Below are positions 45,981-55,088 of a stretch of 64,000 nt of DNA, piece after piece; position 1 is the stretch's first letter; every line of letters starts with the position of its first letter. The notes beneath the pieces are model-generated. The model was not told the origin of the DNA. It was given only the letters and a program-made list of their open reading frames with translations, and made no database searches. The position numbers and the translations under genes are program-made. Source of the DNA: Bacteroidales bacterium (GTDB lineage Bacteria > Bacteroidota > Bacteroidia > Bacteroidales > WCHB1-69). The stretch spans positions 23,298 to 87,297 of the forward strand of contig JAGCUN010000024.1 of the NCBI GenBank assembly GCA_017962845.1. Direction: 5' to 3'.

Positions 45981-48551
45981 ATGAAGATAAAAGACATTTT
46001 TTTGAAGCCGCTGCCCTACTTGGTGGCTTTGTTCGTTTTCGTTATGCTCACTCTCTTCTATGCCTCTCCTGTGTTAGATGGGAAAGTGATTAATGCTGGA
46101 GATGCGAAAAGTTTTCAGGGGATGTATAACGAATGTAAGGAGTACAATGCCGATGGACATTATTGTTGGTGGACAGGCACGATGTTTAGTGGTATGCCCA
46201 ACTATCAAATAGGTGGTGGTAAGTATCCTGGACACGATGTTAAAATAGGTCTCAGGCAAACAGCTCAATTGTGGTTTCCCTCCACTTTGGCTTTGATCAT
46301 AGCTTATTTTCTGGGTTATTTTATTTTGCTCAGATCCTTCAAGATCAACGAATGGCTCTCCATCGTAGGAGCCATTGCCATTGCTATGTCCTCCTACTTT
46401 TTCCTCATCATTCCAGCAGGACACAACACCAAGGCGATGGCATTGGGCTTTTTGCCGGTCCTTATTGGAGGTTTTCATCTTATCTTCCAAAAAAAATATG
46501 GATGGGGAGTTATTTTGACGATGGTTTACTCTTCATTTGCGCTGATGCTCCATCCACAAATGACTTATTACATTTTTATGTTAATTGGAATTTTTGCGAT
46601 CGCGGAATTATACATTCATATTCGTGAAAAGCGTTGGAAGGATCTGCTTGTGGGGATATTCGCATGTGTTATTGCCTTTAGTGTTGGGATCGGAATGCAA
46701 TCTGTTGAATATATGGCTAATAAGGAGTATGCTAAAGAAACCATGCGCGGCGGACACTCTGAACTGGCGAATGAAAACAACAAAGATAACAAAACTTCTG
46801 GCCTTGATCTGACCTATATGACCCAGTACAGTTATGGCATCGGGGAGACCTCCACTCTGCTCATTCCTGGCGCTCGCGGCTATGCCTCCGCTTACGATGT
46901 GGGGACCAACTCCAAGGTTTACGAGGCCATGGTGAAGAATGGCATGCCCAAAAAGCAGGCCGCAGAGTATTGTAAGGGAATGCCCACCTACTGGGGTGGC
47001 GATGAGGGAACCTCGGGTCCTGTTTATGTGGGTGCCATCGTCTGCTTCCTCTTCGTGTTGGGGCTTTTGATTGTAAAGGGGCCGTACAAATGGGCATTAT
47101 TGGTCGCGACCCTTTTCTCGATATTGCTTTCATGGGGCTCTAACTTTATGTGGCTCACCGAGTTGTTTGCCAAGTACTTCCCGATGTACACCAAGTTCCG
47201 AGCGGTTGAATCTATCTTGGTGGTGGCCGAGATCACTATACCGCTGCTGGGTTTCTTGGCCCTCAAGGAGATCATGGACCAAAAAGCGGCCAACACCTAC
47301 AACCAAAAGAAGATGCTGCTCAACATCTACATTGCCGCAGGTGTAACGGCGGGGTTGTGCGTAATAGCGCTGATTGCCAGCTTCTTCATGAGCTTCTCTT
47401 GGGGACGCGATGAGGCCATTTTCTCCAACTGGCCCGAATGGCTCTCCTCGGCCATCGTAGCCGAGCGCGCCGCCATTTATCGTGCCAGCGCCTTCCGCTC
47501 GCTTATTTTCGTGCTATTGGGAGCTGCAACGGTATGGCTGTTTGCCAGTAAAAAGTTGCCTTTCGCTGCGTTTGTGCCCATTTTAGGGGTGTTAGTATTG
47601 GTAGATATGTGGTCTATCGACCGCAAGTTCTTCAACAACGACAACTTCGTGAGCGCCAAACAAGACAAGGGATATTTCGCAGAGCAGCCGTGGGAAAAAG
47701 ATATTCTAGATAGAGAGGGTGAAAATGGCACACACAACTTTCCCACGAAAAACAGCTACCGTATCTATAACCTCACCAATCCGCAGGGACCCTTCAACGA
47801 CTCCCGCACTTCATACCGTTTCAAATCCATTGGTGGGTATAGTGCTGTCAAGTTGCGCCGATATCAGGATATGATTGATGCCCATATTTCTGAAGAAACC
47901 AACCCCATGCTCAAATCCATACGCACGATGGATGGGCAGAAGTATTTCTTGCCGCTCAGCGATACTACCGACTATCCGGTACTTAATATGCTGAACATGA
48001 AATATGCGGTGGTGGGCAATGAGCAACCGATGGTGGTGGAGAACCCCAACGCCTTCGGCAACGCCTGGTTTGTGGATTCGGTGAAGCTCGCTAACAGTCC
48101 TGATGAAGAGTCGGACGCACTCAATACCATCAACCTGCACAATACGTTGGTGACGGATGTGCAATTCAAGGATTTTGTGAAAGACTTCCAACCCGGCCAC
48201 GACAGCGCTGCCACCATCAAGCTCACGAAATACGCGCCCGACTACGTGGAGTACGACTATTCGGCGAAAGAGAAGGGCACGGTGGTTTTCTCTGAAGTCT
48301 ATTATCCGTACGGCTGGAAAGCTTATATCGACGGCAAACCGGCCGACCATTTCCGCGCCAACTACACCCTGCGCGCCATGAACGTGCCCGCCGGCCAGCA
48401 TCACATCCGCTTCGAGTTCCGTCCCGACACGATTGAAAAGTGGGGAAAGGCTACCATAGCTTGCGCATATATCATGGGAGTGACCGTATTGGGATTTGTG
48501 GGATTCGGTATTTTCAGGATGGTAAGGAGAAGAAAGGAAACGAAAGCGTAA
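45981..48551 (+). CDS. YfhO-family polytopic membrane protein (GT-C-like glycosyltransferase candidate)
   Basis: 856 aa. About 12 or more N-terminal TM segments, a large soluble C-terminal region, and a final TM. The N-terminus is typical of Bacteroidota YfhO proteins. Confidence 0.6.
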   Translation: MKIKDIFLKPLPYLVALFVFVMLTLFYASPVLDGKVINAGDAKSFQGMYNECKEYNADGHYCWWTGTMFSGMPNYQIGGGKYPGHDVKIGLRQTAQLWFPSTLALIIAYFLGYFILLRSFKINEWLSIVGAIAIAMSSYFFLIIPAGHNTKAMALGFLPVLIGGFHLIFQKKYGWGVILTMVYSSFALMLHPQMTYYIFMLIGIFAIAELYIHIREKRWKDLLVGIFACVIAFSVGIGMQSVEYMANKEYAKETMRGGHSELANENNKDNKTSGLDLTYMTQYSYGIGETSTLLIPGARGYASAYDVGTNSKVYEAMVKNGMPKKQAAEYCKGMPTYWGGDEGTSGPVYVGAIVCFLFVLGLLIVKGPYKWALLVATLFSILLSWGSNFMWLTELFAKYFPMYTKFRAVESILVVAEITIPLLGFLALKEIMDQKAANTYNQKKMLLNIYIAAGVTAGLCVIALIASFFMSFSWGRDEAIFSNWPEWLSSAIVAERAAIYRASAFRSLIFVLLGAATVWLFASKKLPFAAFVPILGVLVLVDMWSIDRKFFNNDNFVSAKQDKGYFAEQPWEKDILDREGENGTHNFPTKNSYRIYNLTNPQGPFNDSRTSYRFKSIGGYSAVKLRRYQDMIDAHISEETNPMLKSIRTMDGQKYFLPLSDTTDYPVLNMLNMKYAVVGNEQPMVVENPNAFGNAWFVDSVKLANSPDEESDALNTINLHNTLVTDVQFKDFVKDFQPGHDSAATIKLTKYAPDYVEYDYSAKEKGTVVFSEVYYPYGWKAYIDGKPADHFRANYTLRAMNVPAGQHHIRFEFRPDTIEKWGKATIACAYIMGVTVLGFVGFGIFRMVRRRKETKA

Positions 48552-48557
48552 AAAGGA

Positions 48558-49565
48558 TTGATCATGCTCTCTGTTATCATCCCAGTCTATAATGCCGAAA
48601 ATTTCGTCTGCAAATGTTTGCATTCTCTTTTGAATCAAACATTGAAGGATATGGAAATCATCGTGGTGGATGATAAAGGACCTGACAACAGCATACAACG
48701 GGTACGAGAGTTGAAGGGGAAAACCGATACCGAAGACCGAATTAAAATATTGGAGATGCCTTGCAATTCCGGAGCAGCTGCAGCAAGAAACTATGGGTTG
48801 CAGCACGCTAAAGGCGAGTATGTAGCATTTGTAGATAGCGATGACTGGTGTGAACCAACCATGTATGAAGTATTATATAATGCTGCGATCAATGGTGATT
48901 GCGATTGGTGCTACTCCAATATCATCAAAGATTATCCCAACAATAAGCACTTTGAAGTGCGACAACCAAATATTACGTCAGGGATTCTCACGCCTGCAAT
49001 TCGCAAAATCATGCTTACGCGTTTTGTAGCATACTTTACTACATCCATTTATAAAAGATCTTTCCTGACGAAAAACAACATAACATTCCCCTCTTATCGA
49101 TTTTCGGAAGATAGTTATTTTGTTTGGTTGGTAGTCATGCATGCGCAAAAATTCGCATCAGTAAACGAGATATTTTATCACTATATCATACAACCCGATT
49201 CTGTAACCAACACTAATGATAGCACGAAACACCAACAAAAGATTGAGGTTTTCTCTTTGTTGATAAAACAATTAATGAAAGAGCAGATGTATCTTCCCTA
49301 CAAAGAGGAATTGGATTATTTATGTATAAAAAAAGGGGTTTTTATCCCTTTAATCATCTGTGCTATACATACTAACAAGAATCTTTATAGAGAAATCAAG
49401 GCCATTCTTCAGTCAGCAGAAAGTTTGATTCCAGGTTTTCAAAACAATACGTATCTAAAGAAAAACATCCCGATGCGCTTGTTGTTTTTCATAGCCAAAC
49501 ACTCACCCCGTCTATTTAGAATTATCATGAAAATATATTCTAAAAACAAAAAAGAAATGTTTTAA
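48558..49565 (+). CDS. family 2 glycosyltransferase
   Basis: LSVIIPVYNAENFV..CL.SLLNQT..D.EIIVVDDKGPDNS...VDSDDW. Confidence 0.8.
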   Translation: MIMLSVIIPVYNAENFVCKCLHSLLNQTLKDMEIIVVDDKGPDNSIQRVRELKGKTDTEDRIKILEMPCNSGAAAARNYGLQHAKGEYVAFVDSDDWCEPTMYEVLYNAAINGDCDWCYSNIIKDYPNNKHFEVRQPNITSGILTPAIRKIMLTRFVAYFTTSIYKRSFLTKNNITFPSYRFSEDSYFVWLVVMHAQKFASVNEIFYHYIIQPDSVTNTNDSTKHQQKIEVFSLLIKQLMKEQMYLPYKEELDYLCIKKGVFIPLIICAIHTNKNLYREIKAILQSAESLIPGFQNNTYLKKNIPMRLLFFIAKHSPRLFRIIMKIYSKNKKEMF

Positions 49566-49580
49566 TGATCAATAACAGCT

Positions 49581-50462
49581 ATGATAACCATCATTTTACA
49601 AGGAGGTCTCGGAAATCAAATGTACCAGTATGCTGCGGCTAAGTCGCTGGCCACTCGATTGAATACGGATGTTAGAATGGATTTGTCTGTATTCAAAATA
49701 CATCAACAAAAAAGCTGGTGCCGTCCATACGAACTTGATGTGTTCGACTTTGATGCCCTACAATTTTCTGCCACCTCATTTATGAAAAAGTCATGGTTGG
49801 CACTTTTAACTGGTCATGGGCACAACAAGGCAGTGGAATTACTGAAGAAATCCAAACATGTCTATGATTCTTCCTCTTCTGATATGAATGCTTGGGAGCA
49901 ATGTCCCGACGGAACAACCCTGTTCGGTTATTTCGCCTCAGAAAAGTATTTCAAGGAGCATCGCGCTATTATTCTCAAGGATTTCCAGTTCAAACACCCT
50001 TTGGATGAGAGAAATAACACGCTGGCCAATCAGATAGAATCCACTAATTCTGTATCTGTACATATCCGACGGGGCGACTATCTGAATGAGGTGAATTCAA
50101 AAGTATTTGCACAAATCTCTCCCGAATGGTATTTCAAAGCGATTGAAATGGTGAAAGAACAGAAATCCGCCACACACTTCTACTTTTTCTCGGACGATAT
50201 TGAATGGTGCCGACAAATCTTTCAGAATCTGGACAACACCTCTTTTATTGATTGGAATAACGGTGCAAATTCCTATCGCGACATGCAACTCATGAGTCTC
50301 TGCAGACACAATATCATCCCCAACAGCACCTTCAGCTGGTGGGGTGCATGGTTAAATGCAAATCCTGAAAAGATGGTGATTGCACCTTCCACCTATTTTA
50401 TCAACGACATCCAAAACAAGACTTATCGGGAGAATATGCCGAAAGATTGGATTTTATTATAA
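49581..50462 (+). CDS. GT11 alpha-1,2-fucosyltransferase
   Basis: IILQGGLGNQMYQYAAAKSLA, VHIRRGDY, FFSDDIEWC, IIPNSTFSWWGAWL. These are the canonical GT11 motifs. Confidence 0.8.
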   Translation: MITIILQGGLGNQMYQYAAAKSLATRLNTDVRMDLSVFKIHQQKSWCRPYELDVFDFDALQFSATSFMKKSWLALLTGHGHNKAVELLKKSKHVYDSSSSDMNAWEQCPDGTTLFGYFASEKYFKEHRAIILKDFQFKHPLDERNNTLANQIESTNSVSVHIRRGDYLNEVNSKVFAQISPEWYFKAIEMVKEQKSATHFYFFSDDIEWCRQIFQNLDNTSFIDWNNGANSYRDMQLMSLCRHNIIPNSTFSWWGAWLNANPEKMVIAPSTYFINDIQNKTYRENMPKDWILL

Positions 50463-50500
50463 TTGGTATAAAAGGGGATGTTGACACTCTGACACCATCC

Positions 50501-50535
50501 GCTTTTCAATTATCAGTTTTCAGTTTTCCAACCCC
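50501..50535 (-). repeat. array B of GARAAYT heptamers (5 units, inverted relative to array A)
   Basis: Minus strand reads GGGGTTG GAAAACT GAAAACT GATAATT GAAAAGC, in 7-nt phase. Confidence 0.7.
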
Positions 50536-50581
50536 TCTATCTCTAAAGGAATTAATTACAGGGGAATAGCCGTCTTAATCC

Positions 50582-50647
50582 CCGAAAATTTTCGGCGAAT
50601 AGGGCAGTTATTCGCCGAAAAAGTGTATTTTTGCCGAAAATTTTCAG
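50582..50647 (+). promoter_or_regulatory. Fic promoter region with repeated CCGAAAATTTTC palindromes and an 11-bp hairpin
   Basis: CCGAAAATTTTCGG at 50582-50595. TTCGGCGAATA/TATTCGCCGAA stem at 50591-50601 and 50609-50619. -7 box TATTTTTG at 50626-50633. CCGAAAATTTTC again at 50634-50645. Confidence 0.5.
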
Positions 50648-50649
50648 TA

Positions 50650-51759
50650 ATGTATCTGCACGAAAAAAATCAATGGTGGGACTTCTCATACGATGGTGCC
50701 CTTGTTTTACCCGAATTAGCCAAAGTGCGTATGCACCAAGGGAAGCTGTTGGGAACCCTACAGGCACTCGGATTCAACTGGCAGGAGAATGCAATGCTAC
50801 AGGCATTGTCTGCCAGTATTGTGAAATCTGCGGAGATTGAAGGCGAAATGCTGAACCTCCAGCAGGTACGTTCATCCATCGCCCGGCGGCTCGGCATCAA
50901 CACGGCAGGCCTTGTCACCTCCTCCCGCTATATTGACGGAGTGGTGGAAATGATGCTGGACGCCACGCAACACTATAATGCTCCCCTCACCGACGAGCGA
51001 CTTTTTGGTTGGCACAACACCCTGTTTCCGACAGGCCGCAATCAACTTTATAAAATTGATGTGGGAGCATACCGCACCCACGCCATGCAGGTTGTATCAG
51101 GACCGATGGGAATGGAGAGGGTGCATTATGAAGCGCCAAGTCCTGAGCGGGTGCCAGCAGAAATGGATGCTTTTTTATCGTGGCTAAACAGCGAAAACAC
51201 AACAGATGCCGTTCTCAAAGCCGCCATCGCGCACTTATGGTTTGTCACCATACACCCTTTTGACGATGGCAACGGGCGTATCGGCAGGGCAGTAATGGAT
51301 ATGATGCTTTCGAGAGCAGACCAGTCCCCTCTGCGTTTCTACAGTCTGTCATCGCAGCTTCTAAAATCGAGAAACACTTATTATCAAATACTTGAAGATA
51401 CACAAAAGGGGAATGGTGACATCACCGAATGGCTTCTCTGGTTTTTGAAAATGATGGATGAGGCATTGTCGGAGGCCGAACTCTCCATCCAAAAAGCCAT
51501 TGACCGAAATCAGTTTTGGGACTCTGTTTCACACCTATCATTCAATGAAAGGCAACAGAAAATCCTCAATATGCTGTTGGAAGACTTCAAAGGGAACCTT
51601 ACCTCGGGCAAGTGGGCAAAAATCTGCCACTGTTCCGCCGATACCGCCCTCAACGACATTAAGGACCTGGTGACGAAAGGCATTTTAGCAAAAGGCGAAG
51701 CTGGCGGAAGAAGCACGAACTATGTTCTTCTGCAACGGGAAAAGAATAAAGAAGAATAA
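50650..51759 (+). CDS. Fic-family AMPylase-type protein, class II (internal inhibitory helix), with a C-terminal winged-helix-like domain
   Basis: Canonical Fic motif HPFDDGNGRIGR. An upstream SAEIEG fits the (S/T)xxxE(G/N) inhibitory motif. The start is set at 50650, downstream of the -7 box. Confidence 0.85.
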   Translation: MYLHEKNQWWDFSYDGALVLPELAKVRMHQGKLLGTLQALGFNWQENAMLQALSASIVKSAEIEGEMLNLQQVRSSIARRLGINTAGLVTSSRYIDGVVEMMLDATQHYNAPLTDERLFGWHNTLFPTGRNQLYKIDVGAYRTHAMQVVSGPMGMERVHYEAPSPERVPAEMDAFLSWLNSENTTDAVLKAAIAHLWFVTIHPFDDGNGRIGRAVMDMMLSRADQSPLRFYSLSSQLLKSRNTYYQILEDTQKGNGDITEWLLWFLKMMDEALSEAELSIQKAIDRNQFWDSVSHLSFNERQQKILNMLLEDFKGNLTSGKWAKICHCSADTALNDIKDLVTKGILAKGEAGGRSTNYVLLQREKNKEE

Positions 51760-51771
51760 AAGAAAGTAAAA

Positions 51772-51814
51772 ACCTTTTACCTTTCAATTTTCCATTCTCC
51801 ATTTTCAGTTCCCC
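51772..51814 (-). repeat. array C of GARAAYT heptamers (6 units, same orientation as array B)
   Basis: Minus strand reads G GGGAACT GAAAATG GAGAATG GAAAATT GAAAGGT AAAAGGT. It aligns almost base for base with array A. Confidence 0.8.
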
Positions 51815-51876
51815 ATCACTTTCCTAATCTTCCTGTAATCACCGTAGATGATGGGGAATAATTAAAATATTTCTTG

Positions 51877-51884
51877 TATCTTTG
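51877..51884 (+). promoter_or_regulatory. -7 box TATCTTTG for gmd
   Basis: CTTGTATCTTTGCAAAT, 27 nt upstream of the ATG at 51911. Confidence 0.45.
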
Positions 51885-51910
51885 CAAATTAAAATAGCCT
51901 TATGATTTGT

Positions 51911-52972
51911 ATGAAAAAAATAGCACTTATTACAGGTATTACAGGACAAGACGGATCGTATCTTGCTGAACTGTTGCTGTCAAAAGGATATGAGGTCCAC
52001 GGCATCATCCGCCGCTCCTCCTCTTTCAATACCGGAAGAATCGAACATCTGTATCTCGATGAATGGATACGCGACATGAAACACCAGGCGCTGTTGAAGT
52101 TGCACTACGGGGATATGACAGACTCCAGCTCCCTTATCCGTATCATTCGAGAAGTGCAACCCACCGAAATCTATAACCTGGCCGCTCAAAGTCATGTGAA
52201 AGTGAGTTTTGAGGTGCCGGAATACACTGCCGAAACTGATGCGGTCGGCACCTTGCGCCTGCTGGAAGCCGTTTGCATTTTGGGTATGCAGAAGTCTGTC
52301 CGCATCTACCAGGCTTCAACCTCTGAATTGTTTGGACTTGTGCAGGAAATACCCCAGTCTGAAACCACTCCATTCTATCCGAGAAGTCCGTACGGTGTGG
52401 CCAAGCAGTATGGCTTTTGGATTACCAAAAACTACCGTGAAGCATACGGCATGTTTGCGGTCAATGGTATTTTATTCAATCATGAAAGTGAAAGAAGAGG
52501 CGAGACTTTTGTTACCCGAAAGATAACCTTGGCGGTGGCCAGAATCCATGAAGGTTTGCAAGACAAGCTGTACCTTGGCAACCTGAACGCGCTGCGAGAT
52601 TGGGGTTATGCTAAGGATTATGTGGAATGTATGTGGTTGATGCTTCAGCACGACACCCCTGAAGATTTTGTGATAGCGACAGGTGAAAACCACTCTATCA
52701 GAGAGTTTTGCGAATTGGCATTTAAAGAAATTGGCATTGATCTTGTATGGCAAGGCACCGGTGTGGATGAAAAAGGTATCGACAGCAGCACCGGACGCAT
52801 TCTGGTGGAGGTGGACCCCAAGTACTACCGTCCCACGGAAGTGGAGCAGTTGTTGGGTAATCCAGCGAAAGCTAAGAAATTATTGGGTTGGAACCCCACG
52901 AAAACATCCTTTCCTGAATTAGTTCACCTGATGGTGCAACACGATCTCCAATTAGTGAAAAAACAGAAATAG
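51911..52972 (+). CDS. gmd: GDP-mannose 4,6-dehydratase
   Basis: [53 protein letters not shown]...[25 protein letters not shown]. Confidence 0.9.
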   Translation: MKKIALITGITGQDGSYLAELLLSKGYEVHGIIRRSSSFNTGRIEHLYLDEWIRDMKHQALLKLHYGDMTDSSSLIRIIREVQPTEIYNLAAQSHVKVSFEVPEYTAETDAVGTLRLLEAVCILGMQKSVRIYQASTSELFGLVQEIPQSETTPFYPRSPYGVAKQYGFWITKNYREAYGMFAVNGILFNHESERRGETFVTRKITLAVARIHEGLQDKLYLGNLNALRDWGYAKDYVECMWLMLQHDTPEDFVIATGENHSIREFCELAFKEIGIDLVWQGTGVDEKGIDSSTGRILVEVDPKYYRPTEVEQLLGNPAKAKKLLGWNPTKTSFPELVHLMVQHDLQLVKKQK

Positions 52973-52976
52973 CATC

Positions 52977-53903
52977 ATGAATAAAGATTCGCTCATATAT
53001 GTTGCTGGACATAGGGGACTTGCTGGCTCTGCTATAGTAAGATGTTTGCAAAAAAATGGCTATCACAACCTCATCTACCGCACTTCCTCCGAACTGGATT
53101 TGCGCAACCAAAGTGACGTGCGCGATTTTTTGCACGACCAAAAACCAGAATATGTGTTTCTGGCGGCCGGCAAAGTGGGCGGTATCCGTGCCAATATCGA
53201 GAATCCTGCTTCTTTCCTGTATGATAATCTGGCTATGCAAAGCAATATCATACACGAGGCCTATCTTGCAAAGGTGAAAAAGATATTAGTGCTGGGTTCC
53301 TCCTGTATCTATCCCGCTCACTGTCAGCAGCCTATGAAAGAAGAGTACCTGATGGACGGCAAATTAGAGCCCACCAACGAAGGCTATGCCTTATCCAAAG
53401 TGGTAGCTTTGAAAATGGCCTATTACTATCATCTTCAATACGGATTTAATGCGGTGTCGATTATGCCACCGAATTTGTATGGCTATAATGACAGTTTTGA
53501 CCCCTTGCATTCTCATGTTTTGTCGGCCACTGTGAAAAAGTTTGTGGATGCAGTGGAATCAGGGCAAAAAGAGGTCGTGATGTGGGGGACTGGCAATGCC
53601 CGCCGCGAATTCATGAATGTGGATGATTTGGCGGCGGCCGCATTGTTCGTGATGCTGAACTATGACAAACCCGAGTTTGTGAATGTGGGGTGGGGCACCG
53701 ATGTGTCCATTAAGGAGTTGGCGGAGATGATAGCCCAACACGCCGGTTTCCAAGGCAATATTTCATGGGATGCGACGAAGCCCGACGGCATGATGCGCAA
53801 ATGTATGGATGTAACCCGGATGAAAGCCTTGGGCTTTGCTCCTGCCATCACTTTGGAGACTGGTATTAAACAAATGATAGAATATTATAAATCAGTAAGA
53901 TAA
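52977..53903 (+). CDS. fcl: GDP-L-fucose synthase (GDP-4-keto-6-deoxymannose 3,5-epimerase/4-reductase). A ColC-type colitose synthase cannot be excluded.
   Basis: 308 aa. YVAGHRGLAGSAI, AAGKVGGI, LGSSCIYP, EPTNEGYALSK, HSHVL, REFMNVDD, KPDG. Collinear with E. coli Fcl as recalled. Confidence 0.75.
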   Translation: MNKDSLIYVAGHRGLAGSAIVRCLQKNGYHNLIYRTSSELDLRNQSDVRDFLHDQKPEYVFLAAGKVGGIRANIENPASFLYDNLAMQSNIIHEAYLAKVKKILVLGSSCIYPAHCQQPMKEEYLMDGKLEPTNEGYALSKVVALKMAYYYHLQYGFNAVSIMPPNLYGYNDSFDPLHSHVLSATVKKFVDAVESGQKEVVMWGTGNARREFMNVDDLAAAALFVMLNYDKPEFVNVGWGTDVSIKELAEMIAQHAGFQGNISWDATKPDGMMRKCMDVTRMKALGFAPAITLETGIKQMIEYYKSVR

Positions 53904-55075
53904 TGAGAATCCCGTTGATGAAGCACGCTTTCCTTGAAGAGAGGGAAACGAAGAAAAAGTTGGCCGAGTTTATCGTATCCTCGGATATGTTTTCCATGGG
54001 AAAATATTGCAAAATGTTTGAGGAACAATTTGCCCAATACCAGCAGTCAAAATATGCTGTACTCTTCAATAGTGGTGGCAGTGCCAATTTGGCCTTGCTG
54101 CAGGCATTGAAAAGTATGGGAAAACTGAAAGAGGGGGATAAGGTCGGTTTTTCCGCGCTGACCTGGTCCACCAATGTGATGCCCATTATTCAAATGGGGC
54201 TCATCCCGGTTCCGATAGACGTTGCTACCGAGACCATCAACGTGATGGCTGACAATCTCAAGGAAAGGTTACAGGAGACTGATTTGCAGGCTTTCTTCGC
54301 CACCAATGTGTTGGGATTTGCTGGCGACTTGGAGCAGATTGCTGCTTTGTGCAAGGAACGGGGCATCTTGCTGTTGGAAGACAACTGCGAATCACTTGGC
54401 GTGAAGCTGGCGGGCAAGAAAACGGGCAACTTTGGATTGGCGGCCACTTTTTCGTTCTATGTGGCGCACCATATGTCCACGATAGAGGGCGGCATGATTT
54501 GTACAGATGACGAGGAGTTGTACAACTTACTGAAAATCACACGCGCCAATGGCTGGGACCGCAATGTGGATCCTGACAAGCAGGCGCAGATACGCAAGCC
54601 CTATCAGATTGACGAGTTTTATGCCAAGTATTCGTTCTTTGAGTTGGGTTTCAACCTCCGACCGACTGAAATTACGGGTTTTTTAGGGATTGAGCAACTG
54701 CAGTATTTGGAACAGAATATAGCCATCCGTAATCGCAATTATGCTGTTTTTGAATCTGTGATACAAGAAAACAACGAGTTGCTTCCTGTTCAGCACGCGC
54801 ACATCAGCCGCATTTCACCTTTTGGCTTGGTGATTTTGTGCAAATCTCCCGAATTACGGAAGAAATATTTGGAAAGATTTATCCAAGCCGACATTGAGAT
54901 ACGGCCTGTGATAGCCGGCAACATGCAGAACCAGCCCTTCTACAAAAAGTATGTGAAACAGCTATATGCGTTGCCCAACACCGATTTTGTGAACCAGTGT
55001 GGCTTCTACTGCGGAAATTATCCGGAGTTGACAGATGAGGATGTGGAAACGATTTGCGGGTGTTTGAGGGGGTAA
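53903..55075 (+). CDS. DegT/aspartate-aminotransferase-fold PMP-dependent sugar 3-dehydratase, ColD/E1-like (His replaces the Schiff-base Lys)
   Basis: 390 aa. SGGSANLALL, LLEDNCESLG, FSFYVAHHMSTIEGG. In aminotransferases of this fold the aligned position is FSFH..K....EGG. Also TDDEELY and RANGWDR. A TAATG overlap with fcl. Confidence 0.65.
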   Translation: MRIPLMKHAFLEERETKKKLAEFIVSSDMFSMGKYCKMFEEQFAQYQQSKYAVLFNSGGSANLALLQALKSMGKLKEGDKVGFSALTWSTNVMPIIQMGLIPVPIDVATETINVMADNLKERLQETDLQAFFATNVLGFAGDLEQIAALCKERGILLLEDNCESLGVKLAGKKTGNFGLAATFSFYVAHHMSTIEGGMICTDDEELYNLLKITRANGWDRNVDPDKQAQIRKPYQIDEFYAKYSFFELGFNLRPTEITGFLGIEQLQYLEQNIAIRNRNYAVFESVIQENNELLPVQHAHISRISPFGLVILCKSPELRKKYLERFIQADIEIRPVIAGNMQNQPFYKKYVKQLYALPNTDFVNQCGFYCGNYPELTDEDVETICGCLRG

Positions 55076-55088
55076 AAGAAAATTCCTT

